Below, piece after piece: positions 21,082 to 31,472 of a stretch of DNA of 64,000 nt; position 1 is the first letter of the stretch, and every line of letters begins with the position of its first letter. This DNA comes from Spirochaetia bacterium. GTDB lineage: Bacteria; Spirochaetota; Spirochaetia; UBA9216. The notes under the pieces were generated by a model, which worked only from the letters and a program-made list of their open reading frames with translations, was not told the origin of the DNA and searched no databases. The stretch is from positions 448,001 to 512,000 of the forward strand of contig OZ223267.1 in assembly GCA_965140585.1 (NCBI GenBank). Direction: 5' to 3'. The translations under genes and the position numbers were made by a program.

Positions 21082-22020
21082 GTGGTTAATAAACGCGTAA
21101 AAAAAAAGGGTTTGGGTCTTAAGGGGCTTAAACCCTATTATATTATTTCAGCTTTTATCATAGTACTGCTTGTGTTATTAATCTTTTTGATGAACAGACA
21201 GGCTAAAATTAAAAATCCGGAAAATAGTCCTGCAGTAATTGAGTCAGGAAATAACCGGGTGCCGGAAACCGTACCAGAGAATACGATAACTGAAACATCT
21301 GTTATTCCGGAGCATCCTGAGTATCCTGAAAAAAAGGATATGGGTGAACTGGTTTTTGTGATAGATGATGTTGGAAACAGTATCGAACTGCTTAAAGCTT
21401 TTCTTGATATTCCATACCCTGTTACGTTTGCAATTATGCCTGACAGGCAATATACTGAGGAATGCGCTGCAATGATTACAGCAGCAGGTAAAGAATATAT
21501 CCTTCATCAGCCGATGGAGGCCTTGGGCGATTCAGATCCGGGAGCTTCTGCTATATATACCGGTATGAGCCGCACTGAAATAAGAGAAATTCTTGCCCAT
21601 AATTTTAGTCAGCTTCCGGATGCAAAGGGCATGAATAATCATATGGGATCAAAAGCAACATCGGATCCCGAAGTAATGAGTATTGTGATGGAATATCTGT
21701 CAGAAAACGGGCTTTTTTTTCTTGATAGTTACACAATAGCCGAAACTAACTCAGCTGAAAAAGCTGCGGAAAAATCGGTATCTTACCTTAAGAGGAATAC
21801 AATGTTTTTGGACAATGAAAAGGATCAGGATTCCATTATAGAAGCAATAAACGAAGGGAAAAAAGCGGCCGGTAAAAAGGGTCATGCAGTTATGATTGGT
21901 CATGTAGTAAGCGATGAGCTTGCAAAGGCAATGCTGGAGCTGTATCCTAGTTTTATCGAAGACGGTTTTACTCTCAAGGAGATATCAGAAATCTTTCTTG
22001 AAATGAATCAGCAGGAATAG
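21082..22020 (+). CDS. Divergent polysaccharide deacetylase (YibQ-like)
   Basis: VIDDVG, LHQPME, NNHMGS, FLDS, IGH; N-terminal TM. Confidence 0.9.
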   Translation: MVNKRVKKKGLGLKGLKPYYIISAFIIVLLVLLIFLMNRQAKIKNPENSPAVIESGNNRVPETVPENTITETSVIPEHPEYPEKKDMGELVFVIDDVGNSIELLKAFLDIPYPVTFAIMPDRQYTEECAAMITAAGKEYILHQPMEALGDSDPGASAIYTGMSRTEIREILAHNFSQLPDAKGMNNHMGSKATSDPEVMSIVMEYLSENGLFFLDSYTIAETNSAEKAAEKSVSYLKRNTMFLDNEKDQDSIIEAINEGKKAAGKKGHAVMIGHVVSDELAKAMLELYPSFIEDGFTLKEISEIFLEMNQQE

Positions 22021-22030
22021 ATTTACAGTT

Positions 22031-23044
22031 ATGCTTGTTCTCGGTATTGAAAGTTCTTGTGATGAATGTGCCGCCTCGGTTGTGGAGGACGGTAGAAGAA
22101 TTCTCAGCAATGAAATTGCTACACAGATAGATATACACGTTCCTTATAACGGAGTTGTCCCTGAAATTGCTTCGAGGACTCATACAGAATGGATCTCTGG
22201 AGTGGTCAATCGGGCTCTAGAAGCTTCAGGTAAAACGCTGCCCGAAATTGACGGAATTGCAGTTACCAACCGTCCCGGGCTTATCGGTTCACTGCTTGTC
22301 GGACTTTCTTTTGCAAAGGGTTTATCACTCTCAAGCGGTATTCCTTTTATCGGTGTCGATCATATTCTTGCCCATCTATATGCAGCCAGACTTGAGTTTG
22401 AAATTGAATACCCATATATGGGTTTGCTCGTTTCCGGCGGACACACTATTATCTCAATAGTTAAAGCCTTTGATGATATTGAAGTTCTAGGAACCACGAT
22501 CGATGATGCGTGCGGAGAAGCATATGATAAGGTTGCAAAGCACTATGGTTTCGGATATCCGGGCGGAGCTGTAATTGATAAAATGGCTCAGAACGGGAAT
22601 TCGGCGGCCTTCAGTTTTCCTGACCCCTCACTCCATAAGGGTGATCACAGATATGATGTTTCATATTCGGGTCTTAAAACAGCAGTAATAAACCAGCTTG
22701 AGCAGTTCAGGAATGATGGTTTTGAAGCTACAAAAGAGAATATCTCCGCCGGCTTTCAAAAAGCGGCAATTGATATGCTGACTAAAAGGCTGTTCAAGGC
22801 CGCCCAGGATAATAATATTAATAGAATAGTTGCAGGCGGCGGAGTTGCAGCCAATTCCTACCTTAGAGAATCCTTGAAATCCAGAAATAATTTTAAGATG
22901 TTTTTCCCGTCAATGGCGCTCTGTACTGATAATGCAGCAATGATAGCAGGAATCGGCTACCACCATCTTGCAAGAGGTGAGAAGTCTGAACTTTCCTTAA
23001 ATGCCGGTTCCAGGGTGGATGGCTTTCGAAAAAAATACCCCTGA
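22031..23044 (+). CDS. tsaD: tRNA t6A37 threonylcarbamoyltransferase TsaD
   Basis: GIESSCDE, GVVPEIASR.H, H..AH, VSGGHT, DDACGEAYDK, CTDNAAMI. Confidence 0.95.
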   Translation: MLVLGIESSCDECAASVVEDGRRILSNEIATQIDIHVPYNGVVPEIASRTHTEWISGVVNRALEASGKTLPEIDGIAVTNRPGLIGSLLVGLSFAKGLSLSSGIPFIGVDHILAHLYAARLEFEIEYPYMGLLVSGGHTIISIVKAFDDIEVLGTTIDDACGEAYDKVAKHYGFGYPGGAVIDKMAQNGNSAAFSFPDPSLHKGDHRYDVSYSGLKTAVINQLEQFRNDGFEATKENISAGFQKAAIDMLTKRLFKAAQDNNINRIVAGGGVAANSYLRESLKSRNNFKMFFPSMALCTDNAAMIAGIGYHHLARGEKSELSLNAGSRVDGFRKKYP

Positions 23045-23076
23045 TTTCTCAGGGGTTCCAATTATTTATTTAATAA

Positions 23077-23643
23077 TTAATTGACCATACCAAGCGGCAG
23101 AACTGTTTTACCGTAAATCTCATTGAGGATAAGGGCAATAGCAGTATAGAAAGCTGAAAAACCGCAGAAGATTCCCTCTATTCCGGCAATGGTATGCAGC
23201 ACATGACTTCCGGTAAAATCGGATAAGGCAAGAAGCACAAAAAGAACAGTAAGTGAACCGAAAATAGTCTGATGGGCTTTACTGATCCTGAGAGTTCCGA
23301 AATACATGCAGAAAGTAAAGATGCCCCAGAGAAGCAGGTAGAAACCGGCATCAAGGCTTGTTGAAGATGTTACCATTTCTGCCGGAAGCAGTTTTAGGGC
23401 GACAAAGGAGAGCCAGAAAAAACCATACATGGTAAATGCTGTAGCTCCGAAAGTATTACCGATTTTCCATTCCTGTACACCGGCTATTACCTGTGCGATA
23501 CCTCCTACGAAAATCCCCATGCCCAGAATCATAGCTGTAAGAGGGAACACCCCGGCATTATGGATATTTAGCAGAATAGTAGTCATTCCGAACCCGAGCA
23601 GACCTAGCGGCGCCGGATTTCCAGTACTTGAGTTTGCAGACAC
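23077..23643 (-). CDS. satP: Acetate uptake channel SatP/YaaH (GPR1/FUN34)
   Basis: NPAPLGLLGFGMTT, GNTFGATAF..YGFFW. Confidence 0.9.
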   Translation of the reverse strand: MSANSSTGNPAPLGLLGFGMTTILLNIHNAGVFPLTAMILGMGIFVGGIAQVIAGVQEWKIGNTFGATAFTMYGFFWLSFVALKLLPAEMVTSSTSLDAGFYLLLWGIFTFCMYFGTLRISKAHQTIFGSLTVLFVLLALSDFTGSHVLHTIAGIEGIFCGFSAFYTAIALILNEIYGKTVLPLGMVN

Positions 23644-23665
23644 TAATACACTCCTGATAGATAAT

Positions 23666-23692
23666 AAAAAAAACCGCTGCGACCGCAGCGGC
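23666..23692 (-). terminator. Rho-independent terminator after fba
   Basis: ccgctgcg/cgcagcgg stem followed by T8 on minus strand. Confidence 0.75.
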
Positions 23693-23730
23693 TTGTATAC
23701 TAACTTAAAACACTTTTTTTGGAAAGACCC

Positions 23731-24729
23731 TCAGGCTTTTCCTGCTGAGCCGAGAACGTTATTATTCTTAGCCATGTACAGTTCTTTTAGTGCATCTCTG
23801 GCAGGTGAAAGATACTGTCTCGGATCAAAATGACCAGGATTTTCAGCCATGTATTTCCTTATGGCAGCAGTCATTGCAAGACGACCGTCAGAATCTATGT
23901 TGATTTTACATACTGCAGAAGCAGCTGCTTTTCTCAGCTGTTCTTCGGGAATTCCGACAGCATCTTTAAGTGCACCGCCGTTTGCGTTAATGGTATTTAC
24001 CTGATCCTGGGGAACAGAGGATGAACCGTGAAGAACAATGGGAAATCCCGGAAGTTTTTCTTCAATTTCTTCAAGGATATCAAATCTCAGCGGAGGCGGA
24101 ACAAGAACACCATCAGCATTCCTTGTACACTGTTCAGGTTTGAATTTATTAGCACCATGAGAAGTTCCTATTGATATTGCAAGTGAATCAACACCGGTTT
24201 TTGATACAAAGTCAATTACTTCCTCAGGTCTGGTGTATGTTGATTTTTCAGCAACAACATCGTCTTCTATACCAGCAAGTACTCCAAGTTCACCTTCAAC
24301 AGTTACATAGTTTTCCTGTGAGTGTGCGTAGTCAACAACTTTCTTGGTAAGTGCAACGTTTTCTTCATATGAATGATGTGAACCGTCGATCATTACTGAG
24401 GAAAAACCATTATCAATACATTCTTTGCAGATTTCAAAATCGGCGCCGTGATCAAGATGCAGTACTACAGGTATGTCATAACCAAGTTCGTGTGCATATT
24501 CAACTGCACCCTTAGCCATGTTTCTCAGCAGCGTACCGTTTGCATATTTTCTTGCACCTGCTGATACCTGAAGGATAACAGGTGATTTTGTTTCGACACA
24601 AGCCTGAATAATAGCCTGCATCTGCTCCATATTGTTGAAGTTATATGCGGGTATAGCATAACCGCCTTCAACAGCCTTGGCAAACATTTCCTTGGTGTTA
24701 ACCAGGCCAAGTTCCTTGTATGAAGTCAT
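23731..24729 (-). CDS. fba: Class II fructose-1,6-bisphosphate aldolase
   Basis: HLDHG, SSVMIDGS, EGELG, GTSHG, VLHGSS, KINIDSD; AAGGAG RBS before ATG 24729. Confidence 0.95.
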   Translation of the reverse strand: MTSYKELGLVNTKEMFAKAVEGGYAIPAYNFNNMEQMQAIIQACVETKSPVILQVSAGARKYANGTLLRNMAKGAVEYAHELGYDIPVVLHLDHGADFEICKECIDNGFSSVMIDGSHHSYEENVALTKKVVDYAHSQENYVTVEGELGVLAGIEDDVVAEKSTYTRPEEVIDFVSKTGVDSLAISIGTSHGANKFKPEQCTRNADGVLVPPPLRFDILEEIEEKLPGFPIVLHGSSSVPQDQVNTINANGGALKDAVGIPEEQLRKAAASAVCKINIDSDGRLAMTAAIRKYMAENPGHFDPRQYLSPARDALKELYMAKNNNVLGSAGKA

Positions 24730-24878
24730 ACTTTTAACTCCTTGTATATTCATTCGAGATAAAGATTAATCACGGATGTGCACACTGTCAAGGCAAACCC
24801 GAAACTTTTGAACAAGTTCTTCATTTTATTGGAAAATCTCGCTTGATTATTAATTACAGGAATATTAGCATAAATCCG

Positions 24879-25793
24879 ATGAAGCTCAGAAATACAGTTT
24901 TACTCATGTCTTTTCTTTTAATTTCAATGACGCCTTTATATGCAGATTCCTATGTTCTAATTACCGACAAGTACTGGAACACGATGCTTCAGCAGGAGTA
25001 TGAACCCGGACTCATTACGAAGATTAATACTTTTATTGAAGAACGTACCGGGTTGAAAATTGAGAATAATATAAGAGTTGACGGAACGAAAATCAGGCTT
25101 GATGTAATAGAGAATGACTCGGTGCTTGGTTCTATTGAAAAGCTGAGCAGTGAAATCAGAACATCCGCCGAAGATACAGTCCTGCTCAGTCCCTACATCT
25201 CCTCTGCGGCTGAAGAATTGGCTTCAATGTTTCCTGATAAAAAAATTATAGCCTTGAAAGCTGAAGATTTTCACGATTCTGAACCTCTCCCGGAGACAGG
25301 GGATAATCTGTTCCGTCTGATTTGGGATTATGAGCAGGCTTTCATCAGTGCCGGAGAATATGCCGGTAAACTCGAAAAACCTCTTATCGGTGTTTTTTAC
25401 ACAGGTACTCCGGAATCCAGGAATCAATATGAAGCCTTTATGGAGGGGGTTGATTCGGTTAATTCAGCTTTGGAGAAAGATATATTAAAATTTTCCAGCA
25501 TTGATGATAAAAATGTTGTAAGAAAATTCACTGAAAAAATTGAGAACCATGACATTTTTTCTGCAGCAGTATTTGCCGGCCCATATAATCCTGATATACT
25601 TGCAGGAGAAGAAGGTGCGGGAACTGAAGATATTCTAACTGCGAATACACTTATCTGGCCGAATTCCGGTTTTCAGGTAAAAGGTTCAGTGGAATTGACT
25701 CCTTTGACGGTTATCGGCTATGGAATTCGTGAATTTTCGGCAAAAGATGCTGAAAATTCAAAAAAAATATATGCGGATTTTATTTTATACTGA
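24879..25793 (+). CDS. Hypothetical exported protein (possible periplasmic-binding-protein fold)
   Basis: Signal peptide ending LYA-D; AFISAGEYAG and YEAFMEGV loosely resemble BMP-family helices. Confidence 0.55.
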   Translation: MKLRNTVLLMSFLLISMTPLYADSYVLITDKYWNTMLQQEYEPGLITKINTFIEERTGLKIENNIRVDGTKIRLDVIENDSVLGSIEKLSSEIRTSAEDTVLLSPYISSAAEELASMFPDKKIIALKAEDFHDSEPLPETGDNLFRLIWDYEQAFISAGEYAGKLEKPLIGVFYTGTPESRNQYEAFMEGVDSVNSALEKDILKFSSIDDKNVVRKFTEKIENHDIFSAAVFAGPYNPDILAGEEGAGTEDILTANTLIWPNSGFQVKGSVELTPLTVIGYGIREFSAKDAENSKKIYADFILY

Positions 25794-25816
25794 AAAGACC
25801 CGAAAAAGAAAAAGAT

Positions 25817-25845
25817 TTGACAAACATATTTGTAAGAAATATAAT
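25817..25845 (+). promoter_or_regulatory. Consensus sigma70 promoter of flaA operon
   Basis: TTGACA-17 bp-TATAAT. Confidence 0.8.
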
Positions 25846-25895
25846 TCAAATTGTCTTGGATTCTGTGACTTTTGTTACTACATTAAGGAGTAAAA

Positions 25896-26630
25896 ATGAT
25901 GAAACGAGGTAGCTTCCTATTCCTGTGCATTTTACTCGCCATTGCCTTCGTTATTCCTTCGAATGCGTTCGCAGATGAATCAACCGAGAATCTGGTCTCA
26001 TGGGTTATCGAAAGCTTCGATCCTGAAGATAGAACCAGTGACTGGGTTGTTACAGCGAGTAAGTTTGTAACAGAGGGTTATCCAAAGCAGATTTATGCTA
26101 AAAACTGGCCTGAAGCTCTGTGGGGATACAATCTGGAAGGAAAGGATTACGAAGTTCTTGGTATAAATGCCAAATTTGATCGGAAAGGATATAATTATCT
26201 TGAGATTGTGCCTATTACCGGTGATCCGGCAGGTGATTGGCAGCACAATCCCATAGAGCTGAAGGGTCGGGTTCAGAAATTCGACTGCTGGGTATGGGGT
26301 TCAATGTATGATTATAATATAGAACTTCATCTAATGGATTATAACGGTGTAAACTGGGTTCTTCCTGTCGGAAACCTTAAATACAGCGGATGGAAAAACC
26401 TCGCGGTTGATATTCCTGCATATGTTCCGCAGTCTGCCGTTTATATTCCATATTACAAACAGCTTACATTTGAAAAAATGGTTATCTGGACCATGCCTTA
26501 TGAAGCTGTAGATAATTTCTATATCTATATCGATCATCTCAAGATTCTTACAGACGTATTCGAATCCAGGTTTGACGGAGATACTCTGACATGGCCTGAT
26601 AAGATCGGTGAAATGTGGGGTAATGAATGA
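25896..26630 (+). CDS. flaA: Periplasmic flagellar sheath protein FlaA family
   Basis: Signal peptide; LGINAKFDRKGYN, WVWG, GNLKYSGWKNL, FYIYIDHLK. Confidence 0.85.
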   Translation: MMKRGSFLFLCILLAIAFVIPSNAFADESTENLVSWVIESFDPEDRTSDWVVTASKFVTEGYPKQIYAKNWPEALWGYNLEGKDYEVLGINAKFDRKGYNYLEIVPITGDPAGDWQHNPIELKGRVQKFDCWVWGSMYDYNIELHLMDYNGVNWVLPVGNLKYSGWKNLAVDIPAYVPQSAVYIPYYKQLTFEKMVIWTMPYEAVDNFYIYIDHLKILTDVFESRFDGDTLTWPDKIGEMWGNE

Positions 26631-27358
26631 TGACTCGAACGAATAAAATACTTGTTATACTTTTAGTATTGACTGTTGCGGCAGTTTCAATGGTTTCTGC
26701 TCAGGCCGCTAACAGGGCAGTCGGTGATCCGGATCCCACACAGATTGGTGTTGACACTGCACAGCAGGAACTGAAGGAAGTCTCAATCTCAAAGTTTGAG
26801 GATGCCGGCTTCTGGAGAACTACAATGCCGAGAGATTCCGGTATTTCTGCTATTAGAAAGATTACCGGCGGTCCTATTGATAAGGAACCCATTCCTGAAG
26901 AGGAAGAACTTGGAATAAGCACACCTGATGATTATGTTCTTGGTGCCAGAGTTAATTTCTATAAAAGATCTGTAACTTCTTTTGCAATTATGCCTGCTAA
27001 TCCTCTTCCTGTGGAAGGCATCTGTAAAACTGTTTCAGTCTGGGTAATTGGAAGAAATACCGATCATGTTCTGAAACTTTTAATTAAAGACCATTTTGGA
27101 CAGAGAGCTGAAATTACTATGGGAAAACTTAATTTCAGCGGCTGGAAGAAAATGACCGTTGCAGTACCGACAAATATAACCCAGAAAGATTATCATTATG
27201 TTAATAAGATGGGTATTGAGATTCTTGGTTTCAAGGTTGACTGTAATGTAGAAGAAACCTACGGTTCATACTACATTTATTTTGATGACCTTAGAGCTAC
27301 AACAGACCTTTTCAGTGAAAACAACAGAGATGTTGATGATATAGCTGATACATGGTAG
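26627..27358 (+). CDS. flaA: Second FlaA-family sheath protein
   Basis: Signal peptide; FEDAGFW, VSVWVIGRN, MGKLNFSGWKK, YYIYFDDLRA. Confidence 0.85.
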   Translation: MMTRTNKILVILLVLTVAAVSMVSAQAANRAVGDPDPTQIGVDTAQQELKEVSISKFEDAGFWRTTMPRDSGISAIRKITGGPIDKEPIPEEEELGISTPDDYVLGARVNFYKRSVTSFAIMPANPLPVEGICKTVSVWVIGRNTDHVLKLLIKDHFGQRAEITMGKLNFSGWKKMTVAVPTNITQKDYHYVNKMGIEILGFKVDCNVEETYGSYYIYFDDLRATTDLFSENNRDVDDIADTW

Positions 27359-27387
27359 ACCGGAGATTCATTTTATAGAGAGATATG

Positions 27388-27419
27388 GGACTGACTGAAA
27401 TATGTCAGTCCTTTTTTTT
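27388..27419 (+). terminator. Rho-independent terminator after flaA pair
   Basis: ggactgac/gtcagtcc stem plus T8. Confidence 0.8.
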
Positions 27420-27423
27420 AATT

Positions 27424-28644
27424 ATGTGTAAAGTCACAAATATATATAAAATACTTTTTCTCGCTGCTTTTTTTATATTTGGAACTCTTGTGTATGCAGA
27501 TACTATTAGTTCTGAAGGTTATATATTCAGTTTCAGCAGTGCCAGTCGCCTGAAGATAACCGAACGTTCCAATATAAGAGTCACAGTTAACGGACAGTAT
27601 CAGGGATTGACTTATAATGAATCAAGATGTGTTCTTGATTATATGTGGCATAAAGAAGGCAAGTCTCAGTATGCCGGCAATTTCCTTGTATATCAGAATT
27701 CCATCCAGGATACAAGAACTATCTCAAATCTTATAGACCGGGATGAATATTGTGAGATCCAGATTGATTCTGCCGGGCATTATTCTGTCGCTTATGATCA
27801 GACAGTCCCGGTTCTTCGAAGTTTTCCGGTTTTCAGCATAAATCCTGTCACCCCCGGTGATAAGTGGAGAGATTTCGCCGAGAGAATTGTAGATCCATTG
27901 AATAACGGCAAGCTTACAGCAGTAATATTTTATTGTGAATACAGCTATGCAGGTATACAGAATACTTCACTTGGTGAAAAGCATATCATAAATGCGCAGT
28001 ATGCCATGCGCTATAAAAAAGGTGATTCCAATCTTTCTGATGAGAATCTTAAGCAGATCTCAGGAAGGCATCTGGTAACAATAATGATTGATACCAGAGA
28101 CAGTTCTTCAATATTTATTCGTGATATGCTGGATGAACAGTATCAGTATACAGATGGAACCAGACTTGAGCATTCTGGCTTTATTCTTACCTGGTACAAT
28201 GATGTTGTAGGTATGGATAGAGAAGAAGTTGTTAGAAACGTTTCGGAGCTCATTGCAGAACATGATTTAAAGGATGTAGAAGTTACTGAAAAACAGGAAG
28301 GAATATCAATAAGTCTTCAGGATATTCATTTTGTACCCGATTCACCAGAGATCCTGCCGGAAGAAATAAACAGAATAAACAGGATAGCAGAAATTCTGCA
28401 TGATATCGATCCGTCGAAGATTATGGTTGTCGGTCACACAGCTGACGTGGGTACAAAAGCAAGCCAATATGAGCTTTCAGAGAAGAGAGCTGAAACTGTA
28501 ATTAATCTTCTTGTTGTAAATGGGTTTCCCCCAGCATTATTTGTATACAAGGGAGCTGGCGGTGATGAACCTGTCGCCGATAACGGAACTGAAGAAGGCC
28601 GGGCAAAAAACAGAAGGGTTGAGTTTATAATTCTTGAAGATTAA
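27424..28644 (+). CDS. OmpA/MotB C-terminal domain protein
   Basis: IHF.PDS, VGHTA, LSEKRA, PVADN.TEEGRAKNRRVE. Confidence 0.85.
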   Translation: MCKVTNIYKILFLAAFFIFGTLVYADTISSEGYIFSFSSASRLKITERSNIRVTVNGQYQGLTYNESRCVLDYMWHKEGKSQYAGNFLVYQNSIQDTRTISNLIDRDEYCEIQIDSAGHYSVAYDQTVPVLRSFPVFSINPVTPGDKWRDFAERIVDPLNNGKLTAVIFYCEYSYAGIQNTSLGEKHIINAQYAMRYKKGDSNLSDENLKQISGRHLVTIMIDTRDSSSIFIRDMLDEQYQYTDGTRLEHSGFILTWYNDVVGMDREEVVRNVSELIAEHDLKDVEVTEKQEGISISLQDIHFVPDSPEILPEEINRINRIAEILHDIDPSKIMVVGHTADVGTKASQYELSEKRAETVINLLVVNGFPPALFVYKGAGGDEPVADNGTEEGRAKNRRVEFIILED

Positions 28645-29449
28645 ACAGTTTTAAAAAATTCTTTCTTACAGAGAAAACCAGTTCTTCCAGCGGTATCTGA
28701 CGAAGCTCAGCTATATAATCATACGTATAACCGATAAAACCAGGGTGATTGGGTTTTGATCTTACTTTCTGCGGTGATAAAAATGGTGCATCGGTTTCTA
28801 AGAGAAGTTTTTCCAGGGGAACTGACCTTGCTGCATTCTGGATAATATCAGCATTTTTATAAGTAGCATTACCGGCAAAGGAAATATGGTAACCAAGCTC
28901 ACAAAATTTAAGGGCAGTTTCGGCGCTGTAGGAATAACAGTGAATAATTCCCTTTCTTTCCGGACTGTATGAGGCAAGCACAGAAAGGGTATCCTCTTCC
29001 GCATCCCTTGAATGAATTACTACAGGCAGTGAAAGCTCATCAGCCAGTTTCAGCTGTTTTTCAAGAAGTGATATTTGAAGTTCCCTTGTTCCCTGCATTC
29101 TGAAATAATCAAGTCCGATTTCACCCAGGGCTACAGCTTTTTTATCCTGAAGCAGTATTTCTTTAAGATATTCTATATCTGAGTCTATTTTGGAATTCTC
29201 ACACTCCGAAGGATAATAGCCGTGAGCAGTGAAAAGCTGTGGAATTTTACCAGCTGTTTCGGCCCTTAATGCAAAGTTTGCACGATTTATTCCGATATCC
29301 AGTGCATAGGCAAGACCATTGCTGAAGCAGTAGTTAATGATTTCAGTCTCCTGCATGCCCCGGTTCTTCATATGGAAAAGATGAAAATGAGAGTCTATGC
29401 AGCCTTTGGATATATTATATTTTGAAGTGTCAACTGAGTATTGATTCAA
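28625..29449 (-). CDS. tatD: TatD-family hydrolase
   Basis: DSHFH, GEIGLDY, IHSRDA, HCYS, ETDAPFL. Confidence 0.9.
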   Translation of the reverse strand: MNQYSVDTSKYNISKGCIDSHFHLFHMKNRGMQETEIINYCFSNGLAYALDIGINRANFALRAETAGKIPQLFTAHGYYPSECENSKIDSDIEYLKEILLQDKKAVALGEIGLDYFRMQGTRELQISLLEKQLKLADELSLPVVIHSRDAEEDTLSVLASYSPERKGIIHCYSYSAETALKFCELGYHISFAGNATYKNADIIQNAARSVPLEKLLLETDAPFLSPQKVRSKPNHPGFIGYTYDYIAELRQIPLEELVFSVRKNFLKLFNLQEL

Positions 29450-31361
29450 GGTTTTCCTCTTTCAGGAAGTCGGTAAACGTTCTGGCTATTTCAGGGTCAT
29501 ATTGTCTTCCGCTGTATTTTCTAATTTCATCAATAGCTTCATCAAAGCTTTTACCTTTTTTATACGGTGTATCATGGGTCATCGAATCGAAACTGTCAAG
29601 AATTGAAAATATTCTCGATTCAATCGGAATATTTTTCTCTTTAAGACCGGACGGATATCCGCTTCCATCCCAGCATTCATGATGGTAAAGTATCAGTTCT
29701 GCTATTGATGAAAACTCCGGAATAGCTTTTACAATTCTGTAGCCGATAATACTATGTTGTTTAATAGTGTTATACTCTTCATCAGTTAGCATACCGTCTT
29801 TGGTAAGAATTTTTGACGGTATTCTGATTTTTCCAATATCATGAAGCTTAGCAAGATTATTCAGTTTCTCAGCAGTCGTTGCCGAAAGATTTAATTTTTT
29901 AGAGAAAAGTTTATTAATAGTAATTAGGTTTGAAATGTGTCTGTGGGTTTCATATCCGCGGGTTTGAGCCGTCTCAATAATATCAGCAAAAAGCTGTTCA
30001 AGATGATTTCCCCGGTTTTGAAGTTTCATTTTGTACATCAGCTCATCGGCCTTATGTACGGCATCAATGAGAGACTCTTCCTGTGATGTTTTGGCAGCAC
30101 AACCGATGGATACACTGGGCCTGGAAAAAATATCGTCATATACACTTTCGTTACAGGCTGTTATTATATTTGATGCAAGTTTTTCAGCTCTGGAAAGGGT
30201 GCTTCCGGGAAGAAGTATCGCAAACTCATCACCTCCGGTTCTTGCTATTACATCGCTTTTCCGGCAGTTAGCTGATAGTATTTCGGAAACCTTTTTAAGA
30301 AGCTGATCGCCGAACGCGTGTCCGAAAGCGTCATTGGTCAGTTTAAGGCTGTTTACATCAACAATCAGGACACTGGTGGGAATTGCGTTTCGGTTGAGTT
30401 CGAGCCTTTTAAGTTCCTCGTCGAAATAAGCCCGGTTATAGAGTCCGGTCAGTACATCATGAAAACTTTTAAAATAGTAATCATTTTCCTTACTTTTTCT
30501 TGAACTTATATCCCTGATAATACAAGCATTCTCGTGAATACCTGATTTAACAACCTTGCATTCGAAATATTTATTTTCGCCTGTTGATGCATGATTGTAT
30601 TCGAAAGTTCGGACTGAGCCTTCATTATGAAGTGTTCCTGTATTTTTGATTATAGTGCTGGCAAGATGTTCAGGCATTATTTCAGTAAGATGCCTACCTT
30701 CCACAGCGTTTTCGCTCTGAAAGAGTTCGAATTCTGTTGATTCATGGTAATCTATAAAAAGGCCATTATCATTGAAAACTACAAGCAGATCAGGAATGGC
30801 GTTTAGAAGCGCTTTTGAGCGTTTCTGGCTTCTTTCCAGCGCATTTTCCATCTCTTTTCTCATTGAGATGTCAAGCATTACTTCGATGACACCTTTAATT
30901 TTACCGTTTTCATCAAGAACGGGCTGAGAGGAGATCAGAAATGTTTCGCCTTTACTATTGGAAATCTCTTCTTTCCAGGGCCAGCCTGTTTTAATTGTCC
31001 CTGTTACCGGACAACCTTCACATGGTTTATCGGTATTATGATATACCTGATAGCAGGGATTGCCTATGATGTTTTCGATTTTTTTATTATCTGGAATTGC
31101 TTTCAGTCCGGCTTTATTAATCCATTTAATGTTATAGTCCAGATCAATATAGCAGACCCTTTCAACCAGACTGTTTAGAATCTGTTCCTTTTCACGTTCA
31201 GATTCCTTCAATGATTCTTTAATGACATCATCAAGAAAGTTTTTTCTGCTGCCTTCAGCAATGTTTTCAAATTCAAGATTGCCGGCTTTAATTTTTTCTT
31301 TAAGCTCCGCGATTTCATTTTCAAGCAGTTCAATCTTTTTCTGTTGAGGATCCTTACTCAT
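29430..31361 (-). CDS. PAS-PAS-GGDEF-HD-GYP c-di-GMP enzyme
   Basis: HDVLTGLYNR, RTGGDEF, LHDIGK, HHECWDGSGYP. Confidence 0.9.
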   Translation of the reverse strand: MSKDPQQKKIELLENEIAELKEKIKAGNLEFENIAEGSRKNFLDDVIKESLKESEREKEQILNSLVERVCYIDLDYNIKWINKAGLKAIPDNKKIENIIGNPCYQVYHNTDKPCEGCPVTGTIKTGWPWKEEISNSKGETFLISSQPVLDENGKIKGVIEVMLDISMRKEMENALERSQKRSKALLNAIPDLLVVFNDNGLFIDYHESTEFELFQSENAVEGRHLTEIMPEHLASTIIKNTGTLHNEGSVRTFEYNHASTGENKYFECKVVKSGIHENACIIRDISSRKSKENDYYFKSFHDVLTGLYNRAYFDEELKRLELNRNAIPTSVLIVDVNSLKLTNDAFGHAFGDQLLKKVSEILSANCRKSDVIARTGGDEFAILLPGSTLSRAEKLASNIITACNESVYDDIFSRPSVSIGCAAKTSQEESLIDAVHKADELMYKMKLQNRGNHLEQLFADIIETAQTRGYETHRHISNLITINKLFSKKLNLSATTAEKLNNLAKLHDIGKIRIPSKILTKDGMLTDEEYNTIKQHSIIGYRIVKAIPEFSSIAELILYHHECWDGSGYPSGLKEKNIPIESRIFSILDSFDSMTHDTPYKKGKSFDEAIDEIRKYSGRQYDPEIARTFTDFLKEENLESILS

Positions 31362-31472
31362 TGAATATAATTTAATATATAACCCAAAAAAATTCTATAA
31401 TAAGATACATTCTGTTAAATTTATTGACAAATGAGCTTTTGCGCTTCACACTTTTATACAGGAGGATGATTT

